Origin: a virus
Lineage: Duplodnaviria > Heunggongvirae > Uroviricota > Caudoviricetes
DNA length: 64,000 nt
Reading direction: 5' to 3' (one strand)
Virus record (IMG/VR): IMGVR_UViG_3300025015_000009
Span: 160,001 to 224,000 of that record
Below the pieces are notes generated by a model that made no database searches, was not told the origin of the DNA, and saw only the letters and a list, made by a program, of their open reading frames with translations. Below, in pieces: positions 35,054 to 44,770 of this stretch (its first letter is position 1; the number at the start of each line of letters is the position of its first letter). The position numbers and the translations under genes were made by a program.

Positions 35054-36070
35054 TTATATACTACGGTAAATTTCCAACAACATCTTTGGATCATATGTGC
35101 TAGTGTCCAGCCCGTTTATACTAGCCGATACAATCTGATCAACAGACTCGAACTGGATCTGCCCTACGTTGTCATACTGGCTAACATCGCTTGTTTTTGC
35201 AGGAATTAGTGCGATTTCTCTGAGGTTATATGTGGTAACGAATGTTTCTTTAATGAAGTTTGCCTCTTCGTAGCTAATGTCTATATCTAGGTTTACACGA
35301 GTATGCATTCCGGGTAATAGTATTTTTTCGGGGTCGGTTAATACATCGCTTAACTTATGAACGCGGTATCGAGGTTGCTCTGCCCAGGTGTGGTATACTG
35401 GGGCAGATCCCCATTCAAGGGTTACACATCCTCGTGCATCATCACCTGCATCGGCATAGCTGTGAGGAAAACAATTTCCTATGTACGATATATTCTTGTT
35501 GGTTTGCCGCTTGTGAAAGTGGCCACTGAACACATGCCCGATGTGTTCAAGGTGTTCCCGTTGAATCTCGCCGTGATCGGGCATTTGAACCATTGCATTC
35601 ATATAAAAATGTGGCAATTCAAAGTGACCGAACATATAATCGGCTTTGATCTTACGCAAACGAGAGTGTTCATCTTTAACTAACCACGGAACTATACTTA
35701 CATTCTCATCTTGAAAGAAGTCGTTTACGATTATGATATTTGGTATGTGTTTTGCCCATTCGGCACTTTGCACGTCTCGTTTGTCTCTGTAGAAGAGATC
35801 GTGGTTCCCAGGAATAAAAAATACTCGTTCGAAGTTCTTACTAAGATGTTCTAAACACTTAATCGAGTAGTTTAAGGTTACTATGTTAATTGATGCTCGA
35901 TTATTATGAAAGTCACCTAAGAAGAAACACGTATCGCATCCTTCTTTTTTTGCTGTCTCAGTAAGCCATTGGATGTAATTCCAACAGTCATTGAGATGTA
36001 CGCTGCTGTTTGATTTTAATCCCAGGTGCAAGTCTCCGAACAAACAGGATTTTTTAAAAAGATTACTCAT
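35054..36070 (-). CDS. gp47: Recombination endonuclease nuclease subunit (T4 gp47 / SbcD / Mre11)
   Basis: Metallophosphoesterase motifs GDLHLG, GDFH, PGNHD, GH and SGHFH. Confidence 0.95.
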   Translation of the reverse strand: MSNLFKKSCLFGDLHLGLKSNSSVHLNDCWNYIQWLTETAKKEGCDTCFFLGDFHNNRASINIVTLNYSIKCLEHLSKNFERVFFIPGNHDLFYRDKRDVQSAEWAKHIPNIIIVNDFFQDENVSIVPWLVKDEHSRLRKIKADYMFGHFELPHFYMNAMVQMPDHGEIQREHLEHIGHVFSGHFHKRQTNKNISYIGNCFPHSYADAGDDARGCVTLEWGSAPVYHTWAEQPRYRVHKLSDVLTDPEKILLPGMHTRVNLDIDISYEEANFIKETFVTTYNLREIALIPAKTSDVSQYDNVGQIQFESVDQIVSASINGLDTSTYDPKMLLEIYRSI

Positions 36071-36101
36071 TGGTTAGAATAGAAGTGAAGTACATCGTAT
36101 A

Positions 36102-36130
36102 AGTATATATCTTTTGTCTAGTGGTTGCAA
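36102..36130 (-). promoter_or_regulatory. Sigma70-like promoter upstream of gp47
   Basis: Minus strand reads TTGCAA-17 nt-TATACT. Confidence 0.5.
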
Positions 36131-36141
36131 GTAACATTTTA

Positions 36142-37752
36142 TCAAACAGCTACCCAGATAAAAACCTTATTACCGCAGTCCCATATTCTATCCCATTTGT
36201 TATTTTGCATATTCTGCCATTCAGACAAGTGCGCATCGAACGTACTAAGTTGTTTTTTTAATTTGTGTTTTTGGAATTTTTGTCTAGAATAAAACGTACA
36301 ATAGTCGTGAGTATAAAAGTAATTCGGATTACTCTGATGTGAAAACACGAACCCTAGTTTTTGGTACATATTTCCGCGAGTATTTGATATGTCACTATAC
36401 GACACAATAGAGGCTGGCGCGTATTCAACAACAAACATACTGAATAGTTTACTCGCGCCGCCGACAACTGTATGGTTGATTTTGTTTGCAAAACGAATCA
36501 ATTCCCATTCGGCAGTTTTTCCAAAGCGGCACTTTGCAAATGTCATAACCGCTAATAACTCATTATTTAAAAACAAACCATAACAAGCCGTTGCAGCCGA
36601 AGTACACCCGTGCAAGTGATTTTTATTTAAAAATATATCGGCTTCGCTTTTGGTTATGCGTTTTCCTGTGCATTTTCTAGCAAATATGCGAGTAGCACAG
36701 TTAAATACACTGGTGAGCATCGACTTAACAACATCGGTTCTGTTGGTCCAATGGTGTTCCCATATGTGTATTAGTTGAATATTTTGTTTAGCACATTCTG
36801 TGCTTTTTTGTGAATGATAAAATTTAGTTCGACCATTTAACTCAGAATGCCAGTATGATCCGTTACACTCGATTGCTAACTTAATGTCTGGGAAAAACAA
36901 ATCTAGTTGTTTTGTTTTTAAAATAGACCTGTCGTTAGTAATACACAGGCCGTTGTACAATGTTTGAATAAATTGATGTACGTCTATTTCTAAGTTACTC
37001 TGTGACTTCTTAGTCAGTAGTATGCCTGCATCTTTTATTGCACTATACACCGGGTTAGTAGATACGTTGTATTTTTTTGCAATTTCGAGCACAGTCATTG
37101 TTTTACACAGCTCGTCCAATTGAGTTGAATCAGCTAACACCTGTTTAAATTCAGTGGAGTAATGTGCTTGTTTTTGATTATCGACTCCGAATTGTTGTTG
37201 GTTGGTCGCTCGTATCTTAGATAAGATACCCTCCGATAAAAACGGGTTACTAACACCGTATTTGGTTATAAAATAAGCCGCAACTTTGTCTTTAACTTCT
37301 TTGCTCTGAGCAGCACTCTCAACCCCGTACTTCCTGATGCTTGTTTCTTTAACGCGAGCAGTGTGGTCGACGGTTTTGCTGTAATGGTCAACACCAAACC
37401 GCCGCAAACTTGTTTGTTTTACTTTTGCTGCCCAGTCGGTTGTCTGAGAATGCCATTCAACTCCAATTGTAGATAAATTGTGTTTCTTTTTTTCAACAAC
37501 TGTTGCCCTCGCTGTACACCGCTTAGAACAATATTTGCGATATTCCCTACGGTCAGAATGCCAAGCTAAGTTTTCCCCACATGTGCAAGTGGGTATGGCA
37601 GCGAGGGCTGTTGTATAATGGTATAATAGTTGCCGGGGGTTGTTAATTCCGAGCAAGACGTATGGCTGTATATCTAACCATAATACAGATTTTTGTAAAT
37701 CTACTATGGTTAGATATTTCTTTGCTACTAATTCACTACTCGCTGTCACCAT
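36142..37752 (-). CDS. Hef-like homing endonuclease (third copy)
   Basis: C.CG..YCS..C, (K/R)(Y/F)GV repeats, QLDLFFP..LAIECNGSYWH, IWEHHW, VVGGASKLF, RIWDCG. The start is uncertain (ORF open from 37797; ATG at 37752 overlaps the sigma 3' end). Confidence 0.82.
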   Translation of the reverse strand: MVTASSELVAKKYLTIVDLQKSVLWLDIQPYVLLGINNPRQLLYHYTTALAAIPTCTCGENLAWHSDRREYRKYCSKRCTARATVVEKKKHNLSTIGVEWHSQTTDWAAKVKQTSLRRFGVDHYSKTVDHTARVKETSIRKYGVESAAQSKEVKDKVAAYFITKYGVSNPFLSEGILSKIRATNQQQFGVDNQKQAHYSTEFKQVLADSTQLDELCKTMTVLEIAKKYNVSTNPVYSAIKDAGILLTKKSQSNLEIDVHQFIQTLYNGLCITNDRSILKTKQLDLFFPDIKLAIECNGSYWHSELNGRTKFYHSQKSTECAKQNIQLIHIWEHHWTNRTDVVKSMLTSVFNCATRIFARKCTGKRITKSEADIFLNKNHLHGCTSAATACYGLFLNNELLAVMTFAKCRFGKTAEWELIRFANKINHTVVGGASKLFSMFVVEYAPASIVSYSDISNTRGNMYQKLGFVFSHQSNPNYFYTHDYCTFYSRQKFQKHKLKKQLSTFDAHLSEWQNMQNNKWDRIWDCGNKVFIWVAV

Positions 37753-39574
37753 CACTGTTGCTACAGCTATTTTGTCTTGTGTATGAGGGGTTAACATTGT
37801 TCATCTCCAATATGTCATCTCTTATATTTTGATTCTTCTTTTCTATATTTAGCACACGAGTAAAAGAATTTGTTATAACAGCCGTATAATATGCAAATGG
37901 GTTCTGAGACTTACTTTCGTCAAATTGCAATCCAATTTGAGCTAGTTGTAGTAACGCCTGGGATCTCATTTCGTCGTTGTAAGTGTTACCGGTAATGTAT
38001 ACCATCCCGTTTCTTTTAGCAACAAAGCAGCCGAATTCTGTTTCAGGACACCAAACCTGACCTTTGTATAGAATCGTCGGTTCGTTTAGACGGGTTGTTC
38101 CGTCTGCGCGCGTTTGATTAGTTCCTTTTCCACCGTAAAAGTTAATATCAGAGCAGCGAACGGTTGAATCGGCAGTCGGTGAAATAATAACAGTGTGATG
38201 TGAGCTGAGTTTGTCAAGTGGTGTGTGTTTGAACGATGCAACTGCTTTTGTTTTAACCCCAGTTACAGCACAGAGTGCTTGGAACATATTGATTACATCT
38301 ATGTTTTTGTGTGTAAGTTTTTGAGTACCGTTACACATAACATTAATGAGCAGCATTCGTTGAGAGGTAGTCAGCGTGGATATAAACTCCATTGTTAGAT
38401 TCTTCCCAGGGAACAGTTCGACTAGTTTGCTTGACGATGCCTCTGATAATAAAAAGTCAGTTAGTTTGCCTGATCCGGTAACAATTGACTCTGAGAATGA
38501 ATAGCTAAGTTCGGTTAAACATGCGCGGACCCTGTCTGTTAGATCAGGACGAATTCGAAGAGAAACAAGTTTGTTCGAACTAGCAGATATGGTACATTGC
38601 CCAAACATTACCATCCATCCTGCTAATGTGACAAAAGGTGCATTGTGTATCTCAGTGCTATTTCCTTTTTCTGCTATTCCCATTGTTACTATTCGATCAG
38701 AATCTGTTAAGTCGTCAACTTTAATTAATCCGGATTGTGTTACAAATTTGTGTTCTGGAGTAACTAATGCATCAATTCCACGCCCGCGTAAGTGAAACAT
38801 AGAACCGTCAAACTCGCCCCGGTAAATTGATTTAATACTGGACCAGGTCAGCATACCGTTTGTGTACGATAGTATAGTGTCTTGCTCGGTTATCTGATCA
38901 ACCGAAAGCCACCCTCGTTGAGTTAACGCAGTAGTTCTAGGATCAACACAGTACCCACGCCAGTTAGACCTAGTTGCATATCGTTCGCATAACTTCATAT
39001 ACATAGTTGCAAGGGTATTTGTTACTTGCCCGTGTTCTTTACTAAACTGTCCGTCAGCACTGTTGCCTGTCCAATGGCTCCGTCCGATACAAACAGGGTT
39101 GTTGTTTTCGTCTAGCTTGTAATGACAAAACGGCGGGAAGTTAACTTTTGTGTATTTTGCTGGTTTTGTGATCTCAATAATGTCGTCTATCGAATCGTAC
39201 TCGGTTACCGGCTCAAATAGTTCGTTGGAATTGAATTTCTTACCTTTACTAACACTCTCTGCTAGTGGAATATGTTCCCACGTCATCACTCTAAACACTA
39301 AATCTTCGGTTTTGATGTCATCTACAGACACTGCAACGTCGTCGGCTTTAACCTTAACCCCACCGGCAGCGTGTTGTTCAACCGCATCTTTTGTTAGCCT
39401 CTCGGCTTTGTTCTGTTTTGCTTGGTCGATATGAGACACCAAATCGATAGTGCTACTCAAGATTATGTCGTAGCTCGATGAGCTATTATCAAAGCTACAA
39501 TAAGATGATTTGCTCTTATGGATTTCCTTAAGTATGTCTTTGTTGTTTAAGTAGTTGACTGTTTTCCTTGCCAT
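37736..39574 (-). CDS. gp55: Late-transcription sigma factor (T4 gp55-like), intein-containing
   Basis: NYLNNKD, L..M...L.ERY..RSNWRGY|TYNDEM...ALLQL....LQFD..KS.NPFAYYT..I.NSF...L..EKK. It lies upstream of gp47/gp46, as in T4. Confidence 0.88.
   Translation of the reverse strand: MARKTVNYLNNKDILKEIHKSKSSYCSFDNSSSSYDIILSSTIDLVSHIDQAKQNKAERLTKDAVEQHAAGGVKVKADDVAVSVDDIKTEDLVFRVMTWEHIPLAESVSKGKKFNSNELFEPVTEYDSIDDIIEITKPAKYTKVNFPPFCHYKLDENNNPVCIGRSHWTGNSADGQFSKEHGQVTNTLATMYMKLCERYATRSNWRGYCVDPRTTALTQRGWLSVDQITEQDTILSYTNGMLTWSSIKSIYRGEFDGSMFHLRGRGIDALVTPEHKFVTQSGLIKVDDLTDSDRIVTMGIAEKGNSTEIHNAPFVTLAGWMVMFGQCTISASSNKLVSLRIRPDLTDRVRACLTELSYSFSESIVTGSGKLTDFLLSEASSSKLVELFPGKNLTMEFISTLTTSQRMLLINVMCNGTQKLTHKNIDVINMFQALCAVTGVKTKAVASFKHTPLDKLSSHHTVIISPTADSTVRCSDINFYGGKGTNQTRADGTTRLNEPTILYKGQVWCPETEFGCFVAKRNGMVYITGNTYNDEMRSQALLQLAQIGLQFDESKSQNPFAYYTAVITNSFTRVLNIEKKNQNIRDDILEMNNVNPSYTRQNSCSNSDGDSE
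37985..38950 (-). mobile_element. Intein (322 aa) with degenerate LAGLIDADG-like endonuclease
   Basis: Starts CVDPRTTALTQRGW, block B VTPEHKF, ends VWCPETEFGCFVAKRNG..YITGN followed by Thr+1. Removing it restores the contiguous NWRGY-TYNDEM. Confidence 0.92.
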
Positions 39575-39599
39575 GTGTTGCTCCTATTAAATATACTAC

Positions 39600-39628
39600 A
39601 TTTTACACAGATAAATATAAAAATACAA
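39600..39628 (-). promoter_or_regulatory. Sigma70-like promoter for the late sigma gene
   Basis: Minus strand reads TTGTAT-17 nt-TAAAAT. It overlaps the + strand late promoter. Confidence 0.45.
39610..39617 (+). promoter_or_regulatory. Late promoter (GATAAATA) for the baseplate operon
   Basis: Motif upstream of the ATG at 39701. Confidence 0.55.
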
Positions 39629-39700
39629 GATATATTTATTTCTAGTTGCATTTTATTCTACGGAACAATATGATTTTCTTTACTTTACAGGCACAACAAA

Positions 39701-40642
39701 ATGGGACTATTTGACGGAACATTCACGAGTTTGTCTAATGCAGCGTCAGCGTTTCAAGACGTAGCACCGTTGCAAACAGTTGTATCGGGTATATCGTCTG
39801 TTAATCAACAGATTAATACTGCGGTAATGGGAGTAAACGGAATCCCAGGCCAAGTAGGCGCCTCTGTGTCAAATAGCACAAGCTTCTTAGGAAATGCGGC
39901 ATCAGCAGCATTGGGTGCAATTGCTGCGGCCGGGACGCAAAGTTTAGTCAACGAAGCCTGGCAAGTACTGTCGGATGCAATTGACCCGGCTTCCGCCAGA
40001 ATATCATCATCAGGTGCATCGGCTAGTGCAAATGCAGGAAAAGCAACAGTGTATAGGTTCACTAGTGCCGGTGCCGGCGGTGCAAACGGGTTAGGTGGCA
40101 TGGGTGGTGGTGCAACCCCATCCTGGGCAGTCACAATCACCGGACCGGCAGTAGGAGGAGTAGGAAAAGTAACATTCCCGTATTTGCCGTCAGTGACGTC
40201 ATCGTTCAAAGCAAATTATTCGGCACAGCGATTGACACATAACAACTACGGGTCGTATGCATATGAGAGCAGTGAAGTATCTGAAATTCAAATAACAGGT
40301 GACTTCAGTGTGCAAACTGATGCAGAAGCCGCTGCACTAATGGGAGCAGTTGCGTTCTTTAGAGCAGCGACCAAAATGTTCTATGGTGCAGACGGTAATG
40401 CGGGTTGTCCGCCTCCGTTAGTAAAACTAAATGGGTATAACGGATATTTCAACAACGTACTTTGTGCAGTAACTAACTTCTCACATTCGTTGCCTCCAGA
40501 AGTTGATTATGCAGGAAGTGCAGAAAAACTGCCTACGCTAAGTAGTCTTACAGTAACACTCCAACCTGTTTACAGTAGGCAATACGTTGCTAGTAGCTTC
40601 AGTCATGCTGCGGTAGCTGGTGGCAACTCGGATTTTATCTAA
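39701..40642 (+). CDS. Baseplate / tail tube initiator protein (gp48/gp54-like role)
   Basis: FPY.PS......A.Y......H.NY....Y..S.V..I.I.G.F, ATKMFYG, PPP.V.L.GY, F..V...V..F....P..VDY. The N-terminus is A/S/G-rich. Confidence 0.65.
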   Translation: MGLFDGTFTSLSNAASAFQDVAPLQTVVSGISSVNQQINTAVMGVNGIPGQVGASVSNSTSFLGNAASAALGAIAAAGTQSLVNEAWQVLSDAIDPASARISSSGASASANAGKATVYRFTSAGAGGANGLGGMGGGATPSWAVTITGPAVGGVGKVTFPYLPSVTSSFKANYSAQRLTHNNYGSYAYESSEVSEIQITGDFSVQTDAEAAALMGAVAFFRAATKMFYGADGNAGCPPPLVKLNGYNGYFNNVLCAVTNFSHSLPPEVDYAGSAEKLPTLSSLTVTLQPVYSRQYVASSFSHAAVAGGNSDFI

Positions 40643-40643
40643 T

Positions 40644-40952
40644 ATGGCAAATAATCCTTATTTTTCACCACAGAGCATGTACTACAATACCACAACATCT
40701 GGAGTTTTCTTAGACGTAGCGACATTGCGAGACATACCAAAAGACCAAACAGACAACGTGTTTACAATAGATGCAACATACAATTTACGTCCAGACCTGC
40801 TTTCGTTTGATTTATATGGCACGTCGGCACTGTGGTGGGTATTTGCAATGAGAAATCCAGACACCCTTAAAGATCCGTTGTTCGATTTCCGCACAGGGAC
40901 TGTGATTTATATCCCCAGTAAATATAACATCTCACAACGGTTAGGCATATAG
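40644..40952 (+). CDS. gp53: Baseplate wedge protein (T4 gp53-like, LysM-like)
   Basis: YNLRPDLLSFDLYG...LWWVF..RN.....DP..DF..G..IYIP. Confidence 0.8.
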   Translation: MANNPYFSPQSMYYNTTTSGVFLDVATLRDIPKDQTDNVFTIDATYNLRPDLLSFDLYGTSALWWVFAMRNPDTLKDPLFDFRTGTVIYIPSKYNISQRLGI

Positions 40953-40953
40953 A

Positions 40954-42675
40954 ATGAGTGAGAATATACTCCACAATTACGCTACATACACATACAGTTT
41001 AGCACTAGCTATTATTTCTCCTGGCCAATTCAATGGGTTACCGTCTCCTTGCATGGAAGGAAACGTAATAGCAGCGAGTGCAGGCAGATACCCAAAAGGT
41101 AGAGATGGTGCATTTGCAGGAACTGATTTCTTTTTTGAAGACACAAAGATAGAAACAATCATTGCTTGTAATGCACAAACAAAGATGTCAAACGTAGTAA
41201 AGATGGAATTTAAGATCGTAGAACCAATGGGGATGACGTTTTTCAATCGACTTATAACTGCGGCAATGGCAAGAGGAACAACGTACTTAGAGTGCCCGTA
41301 TCTGATGGAGGTGTGCTTCTTTGGATACCCAGGTCAGAGCACCTCCCCAACCAAAATACCGTCAACGAAATACATTGCGGTTAAGATAGTAAAGTGTGAT
41401 CTCCAGGTGTCAGCGAAAGGCGCCGAGTACACAATAACTGCGGTACCATATAATTATAGTTCGATGACACAAACAATCGGCACTATCCCGTACAATTATA
41501 ATATTCAAGGCGAAACAGTAGACGATATATTTAAACCGGCGGATTCTCATTTGAGGAATAGCTTTACTAAAGCAATGAACGATTACTATTCATTGATGGT
41601 AGAAAAAGAACACGCAACCATGACAGAGTCGATTGAATTTGACATTCCAGGTGAAATAAAAAGTTCAAAAATAGTAGAGTCTGCTGAGATGCCGATTACT
41701 ATGATTTCTATAGACAAAGACTATACTGGGAATCAGCCGCCTGCACAGTCGATGGTTAAAACGTTTCCAGCAAACAAAGGAACATCGATTGTTAATTTTC
41801 TGAGTCTCGTAATTAGGAACTCTGATTATATTAAAAAACAAGCATTGGATTTTGATGAGAAGACAGGTCCGCATGGAAAGAGTGGCGGAGTTATAAAGTG
41901 GTTTAAAGTTGCACCAAACACGGTATTGACGGTAACAGATCCTGCTCAGGGTAGAATCTCTCGTAAAACAATATATAAAGTTATCTTGTATGATATGTAC
42001 AACACTGTTCATCCGACTATGCCAGTTGCAGCCGGAGCTCCTATTTCTAAGGAATACAATTACATCTTCACTGGGAAAAACAAAGATATCTTAGATTTTA
42101 ACATTCAACTAAACAGTTTGTTTTATCAGTCGTTGGCGGCATTTCCTAAGGGAGCAAGACCGACTACGCCATGGAACAAGCTAGTAGACACACACGAAAA
42201 AGATCATAATATGAACAGTCAACCGGCTATAATATCAATGATACAGGAAAATCTAGGCACAATCGGGTTGCCTAAAATGGTTGAACAGTTTACAACTCGA
42301 GTAACATCAAATATCAACAACAAACGAGAGCGGGTTATCGAGGACTTCACAAAAACAATCATGGAAGGACCTGGTGCCGACCTAGTTCAGCTAGATTTAA
42401 AAATTGTAGGTGATCCGGACTTTATTAAGCAAGACGATATATACCACAAAGCTGGCGACGGAGCTGGCGACAGTGTACCAATGAACACAAGTGAAGTGTT
42501 TGTTAAAGTGAGTTTTAAATCACCAGTCGACTATAATCAGGGATCTGGCATGGCAGACGCTGGGTCTGCCAGTGAGTTCAACGGAACGTATAGGGTAATA
42601 TCGGTTGAGAACATATTTTCAGGTGGAAAGTTTGAACAAGTACTAAAATTAGTCAGAGTATTCTTGCCTAAGTAA
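40954..42675 (+). CDS. Baseplate hub protein (gp27 / late control D-like)
   Basis: N.LH.YA.YTY, F.I.EP.G, Y.YIFTGKN.DI, L.IVGDP.F, F.G.YRV..V...F.GG.F.Q.L. It lies between the gp53-like and gp5-like genes. Confidence 0.7.
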   Translation: MSENILHNYATYTYSLALAIISPGQFNGLPSPCMEGNVIAASAGRYPKGRDGAFAGTDFFFEDTKIETIIACNAQTKMSNVVKMEFKIVEPMGMTFFNRLITAAMARGTTYLECPYLMEVCFFGYPGQSTSPTKIPSTKYIAVKIVKCDLQVSAKGAEYTITAVPYNYSSMTQTIGTIPYNYNIQGETVDDIFKPADSHLRNSFTKAMNDYYSLMVEKEHATMTESIEFDIPGEIKSSKIVESAEMPITMISIDKDYTGNQPPAQSMVKTFPANKGTSIVNFLSLVIRNSDYIKKQALDFDEKTGPHGKSGGVIKWFKVAPNTVLTVTDPAQGRISRKTIYKVILYDMYNTVHPTMPVAAGAPISKEYNYIFTGKNKDILDFNIQLNSLFYQSLAAFPKGARPTTPWNKLVDTHEKDHNMNSQPAIISMIQENLGTIGLPKMVEQFTTRVTSNINNKRERVIEDFTKTIMEGPGADLVQLDLKIVGDPDFIKQDDIYHKAGDGAGDSVPMNTSEVFVKVSFKSPVDYNQGSGMADAGSASEFNGTYRVISVENIFSGGKFEQVLKLVRVFLPK

Positions 42676-42688
42676 CAGGAGTAACAAC

Positions 42689-44356
42689 ATGCCATTGGAT
42701 AGACTGCACGGAAGTGCAACAGAAAAATACGATTACGACGAAGCAAGACGATCATTAACAGGGAACCCTCAACCTGTTCACGGGGTCTTTATTGGGATCG
42801 TTAAGAACAACATCGACTCTGCTAGACGGGGTCGTCTACAGGTGTACATCCCTGATCTCGGAGGCCCTCCTGATGAGTCGGTATCCTGGCGAACTGTTAA
42901 CCATGCTGGGCCGTTTGCTGGTTCTACGGGATTTGAAAAAGTACAACCAACAAATACTCATCCACAGGTACCTCATACATACGGTATGTGGTTTGCCGCG
43001 CCCGATATAGATAACCTTGTTTTAGTTACTTTTATTAATGGTGATGCTAACAGGGGGTACTGGTTTGCGTGTGTGCCGTCGACCTTAAGTCATTGGATGG
43101 TACCAGCTATGGGATCGACCTTAGATGCGTACAAAGAACCCGGAACAGAAGACGGTGTATCGGCAGTGCAGTACCCGGTGTGTGAGCATAATCCTGCACT
43201 ACCAGCGGTGAATGCTTATTCGACTTTTCCTAAGAACAAGAAGCCAGTACACAAAGTTCAGTGGAAGATTCTGTACTCGCAAGGATTAGAAACAGATTCT
43301 GTCAGAGGCACGATTTCCAGCTCAAGTCACAGAGAGTCTCCATCTAGAGTAACTGGGTTGAGTACCCCAGGGAGACCAGATCCAGACCGATCAGGGAAAA
43401 AACCGTACGACAAACAAATCAACACAAGAAAAGGTGGTCACACATTTGTTTTAGACGACGGAGATACTGCTGGGTTTGATCAGATGATCCGCCTCAGAAG
43501 TGCAGGCGGGCACCAGTTGATGTTAAATGACAAGCATGAGATTCTATATGTGGCTAACTCAGCGGGGACCGCCTGGTTAGAGTTTGATACTACTGGCAAG
43601 ATACATCTGTACGGTAAAGATTCTATTAGTCTGCGAACTGAAAAGGACTTTAATTTCCATGCCGATGCTGATATTAACATTCATAGTTACAAAACAATCA
43701 GTGTTTATGCTAAAGACGCAATTAAGATGGAATCAAAGTTGATACAGCTCCATGCAACAGAGAAGTTGCATGAATGGGGAAAGAAAGTAGAAATAGGATC
43801 TGGGACAATAATGGATATCCACGCTGTTGATCTATTAAACCAAAAATCTAAAGTAATTAAGATCAATGCGAGCGAACTGTTCCACCAATTTGGACAAAAA
43901 GTTGAACTTAAATCTGGAACCGACTTTGATATACAGGCAATAAATCAGTTGAATCAAAAAGCAGAAACGATTCAAATCGGGGCGTCAGTACAACTTACTA
44001 TGTCAGGACCGACTGTCGGAATGTCGGCATCCGGGAACATTAACGCACATGCAACAGGAACAGTAAACATACTAGGTGGCAGTGCATTAGTGCTTAAAGG
44101 AGCAATGACGTATATTAACTCTACTACTCCCCCGTCTGTTGCAGCCGCGACTCCTCCTCAGGTTACAACACCTACTCCTCCGGTTGTTGTGGTTCCAGTT
44201 ATTATTCCACAAATTCCTCAAGGGGAAACAGTAAAGACAGGCAAGATATGGAAGCACACTAGTAAGTTGAACTCTATAGTTAAAATAATGCCAACACACG
44301 AACCGAGTGATTCAGTGCATACAACCCGCGTGTCTGGTGCGCCAGGCCCATCGTAA
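42689..44356 (+). CDS. Baseplate central spike protein (gp5/VgrG-like, OB-fold plus beta-helix, no lysozyme domain)
   Basis: G.VKNN.D....GRLQVYIP, YGMW...PD....VLV.F..GD...GYW, GH.FV.DDG, RLRS..GHQ, beta-helix repeats, PTHEP. Confidence 0.8.
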   Translation: MPLDRLHGSATEKYDYDEARRSLTGNPQPVHGVFIGIVKNNIDSARRGRLQVYIPDLGGPPDESVSWRTVNHAGPFAGSTGFEKVQPTNTHPQVPHTYGMWFAAPDIDNLVLVTFINGDANRGYWFACVPSTLSHWMVPAMGSTLDAYKEPGTEDGVSAVQYPVCEHNPALPAVNAYSTFPKNKKPVHKVQWKILYSQGLETDSVRGTISSSSHRESPSRVTGLSTPGRPDPDRSGKKPYDKQINTRKGGHTFVLDDGDTAGFDQMIRLRSAGGHQLMLNDKHEILYVANSAGTAWLEFDTTGKIHLYGKDSISLRTEKDFNFHADADINIHSYKTISVYAKDAIKMESKLIQLHATEKLHEWGKKVEIGSGTIMDIHAVDLLNQKSKVIKINASELFHQFGQKVELKSGTDFDIQAINQLNQKAETIQIGASVQLTMSGPTVGMSASGNINAHATGTVNILGGSALVLKGAMTYINSTTPPSVAAATPPQVTTPTPPVVVVPVIIPQIPQGETVKTGKIWKHTSKLNSIVKIMPTHEPSDSVHTTRVSGAPGPS

Positions 44357-44371
44357 CTAAGGATATAATAC

Positions 44372-44740
44372 ATGGCAATATATAAAGGCTTCAGCTCAAT
44401 CAATAAACGTGGGAAATATCATCTTACTGACTTTGCGTTAGTTAGACAAGACTTGTACAATCATCTATACACTAAAAAAGGAGAACGAATAATGAATCCA
44501 AATTTTGGTTGTATTATATGGAATCTCTTGTACGAGCCGCTGACAGATCAAGTCAAGGATGCGATAGTTGAGAATCTTAAAGAGATTGTTGCTCTCGACC
44601 CGAGGATCTCAGCAGACAGTATTATAGTCAGTGAGTATGAGCACGGAATCATGGTTCAACTTGAGATTAGATACTTACAAACGAACGAAGTCGCAAGAAT
44701 GCAAGTTGAGTTCGACCAACAAAAAACCCCTACGTTTTAA
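44372..44740 (+). CDS. gp25: Baseplate wedge / sheath initiator (T4 gp25-like)
   Basis: YKGFS, DL.NH..T.KGER.M.P.FG..IW..LYEP, DPR. Confidence 0.9.
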   Translation: MAIYKGFSSINKRGKYHLTDFALVRQDLYNHLYTKKGERIMNPNFGCIIWNLLYEPLTDQVKDAIVENLKEIVALDPRISADSIIVSEYEHGIMVQLEIRYLQTNEVARMQVEFDQQKTPTF

Positions 44741-44741
44741 C

Positions 44742-44749
44742 GATAAATA
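44742..44749 (+). promoter_or_regulatory. Late promoter (GATAAATA)
   Basis: Motif in the short gap before the gp6-like gene. Confidence 0.6.
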
Positions 44750-44770
44750 CATTAACTATAAGAGACCATA

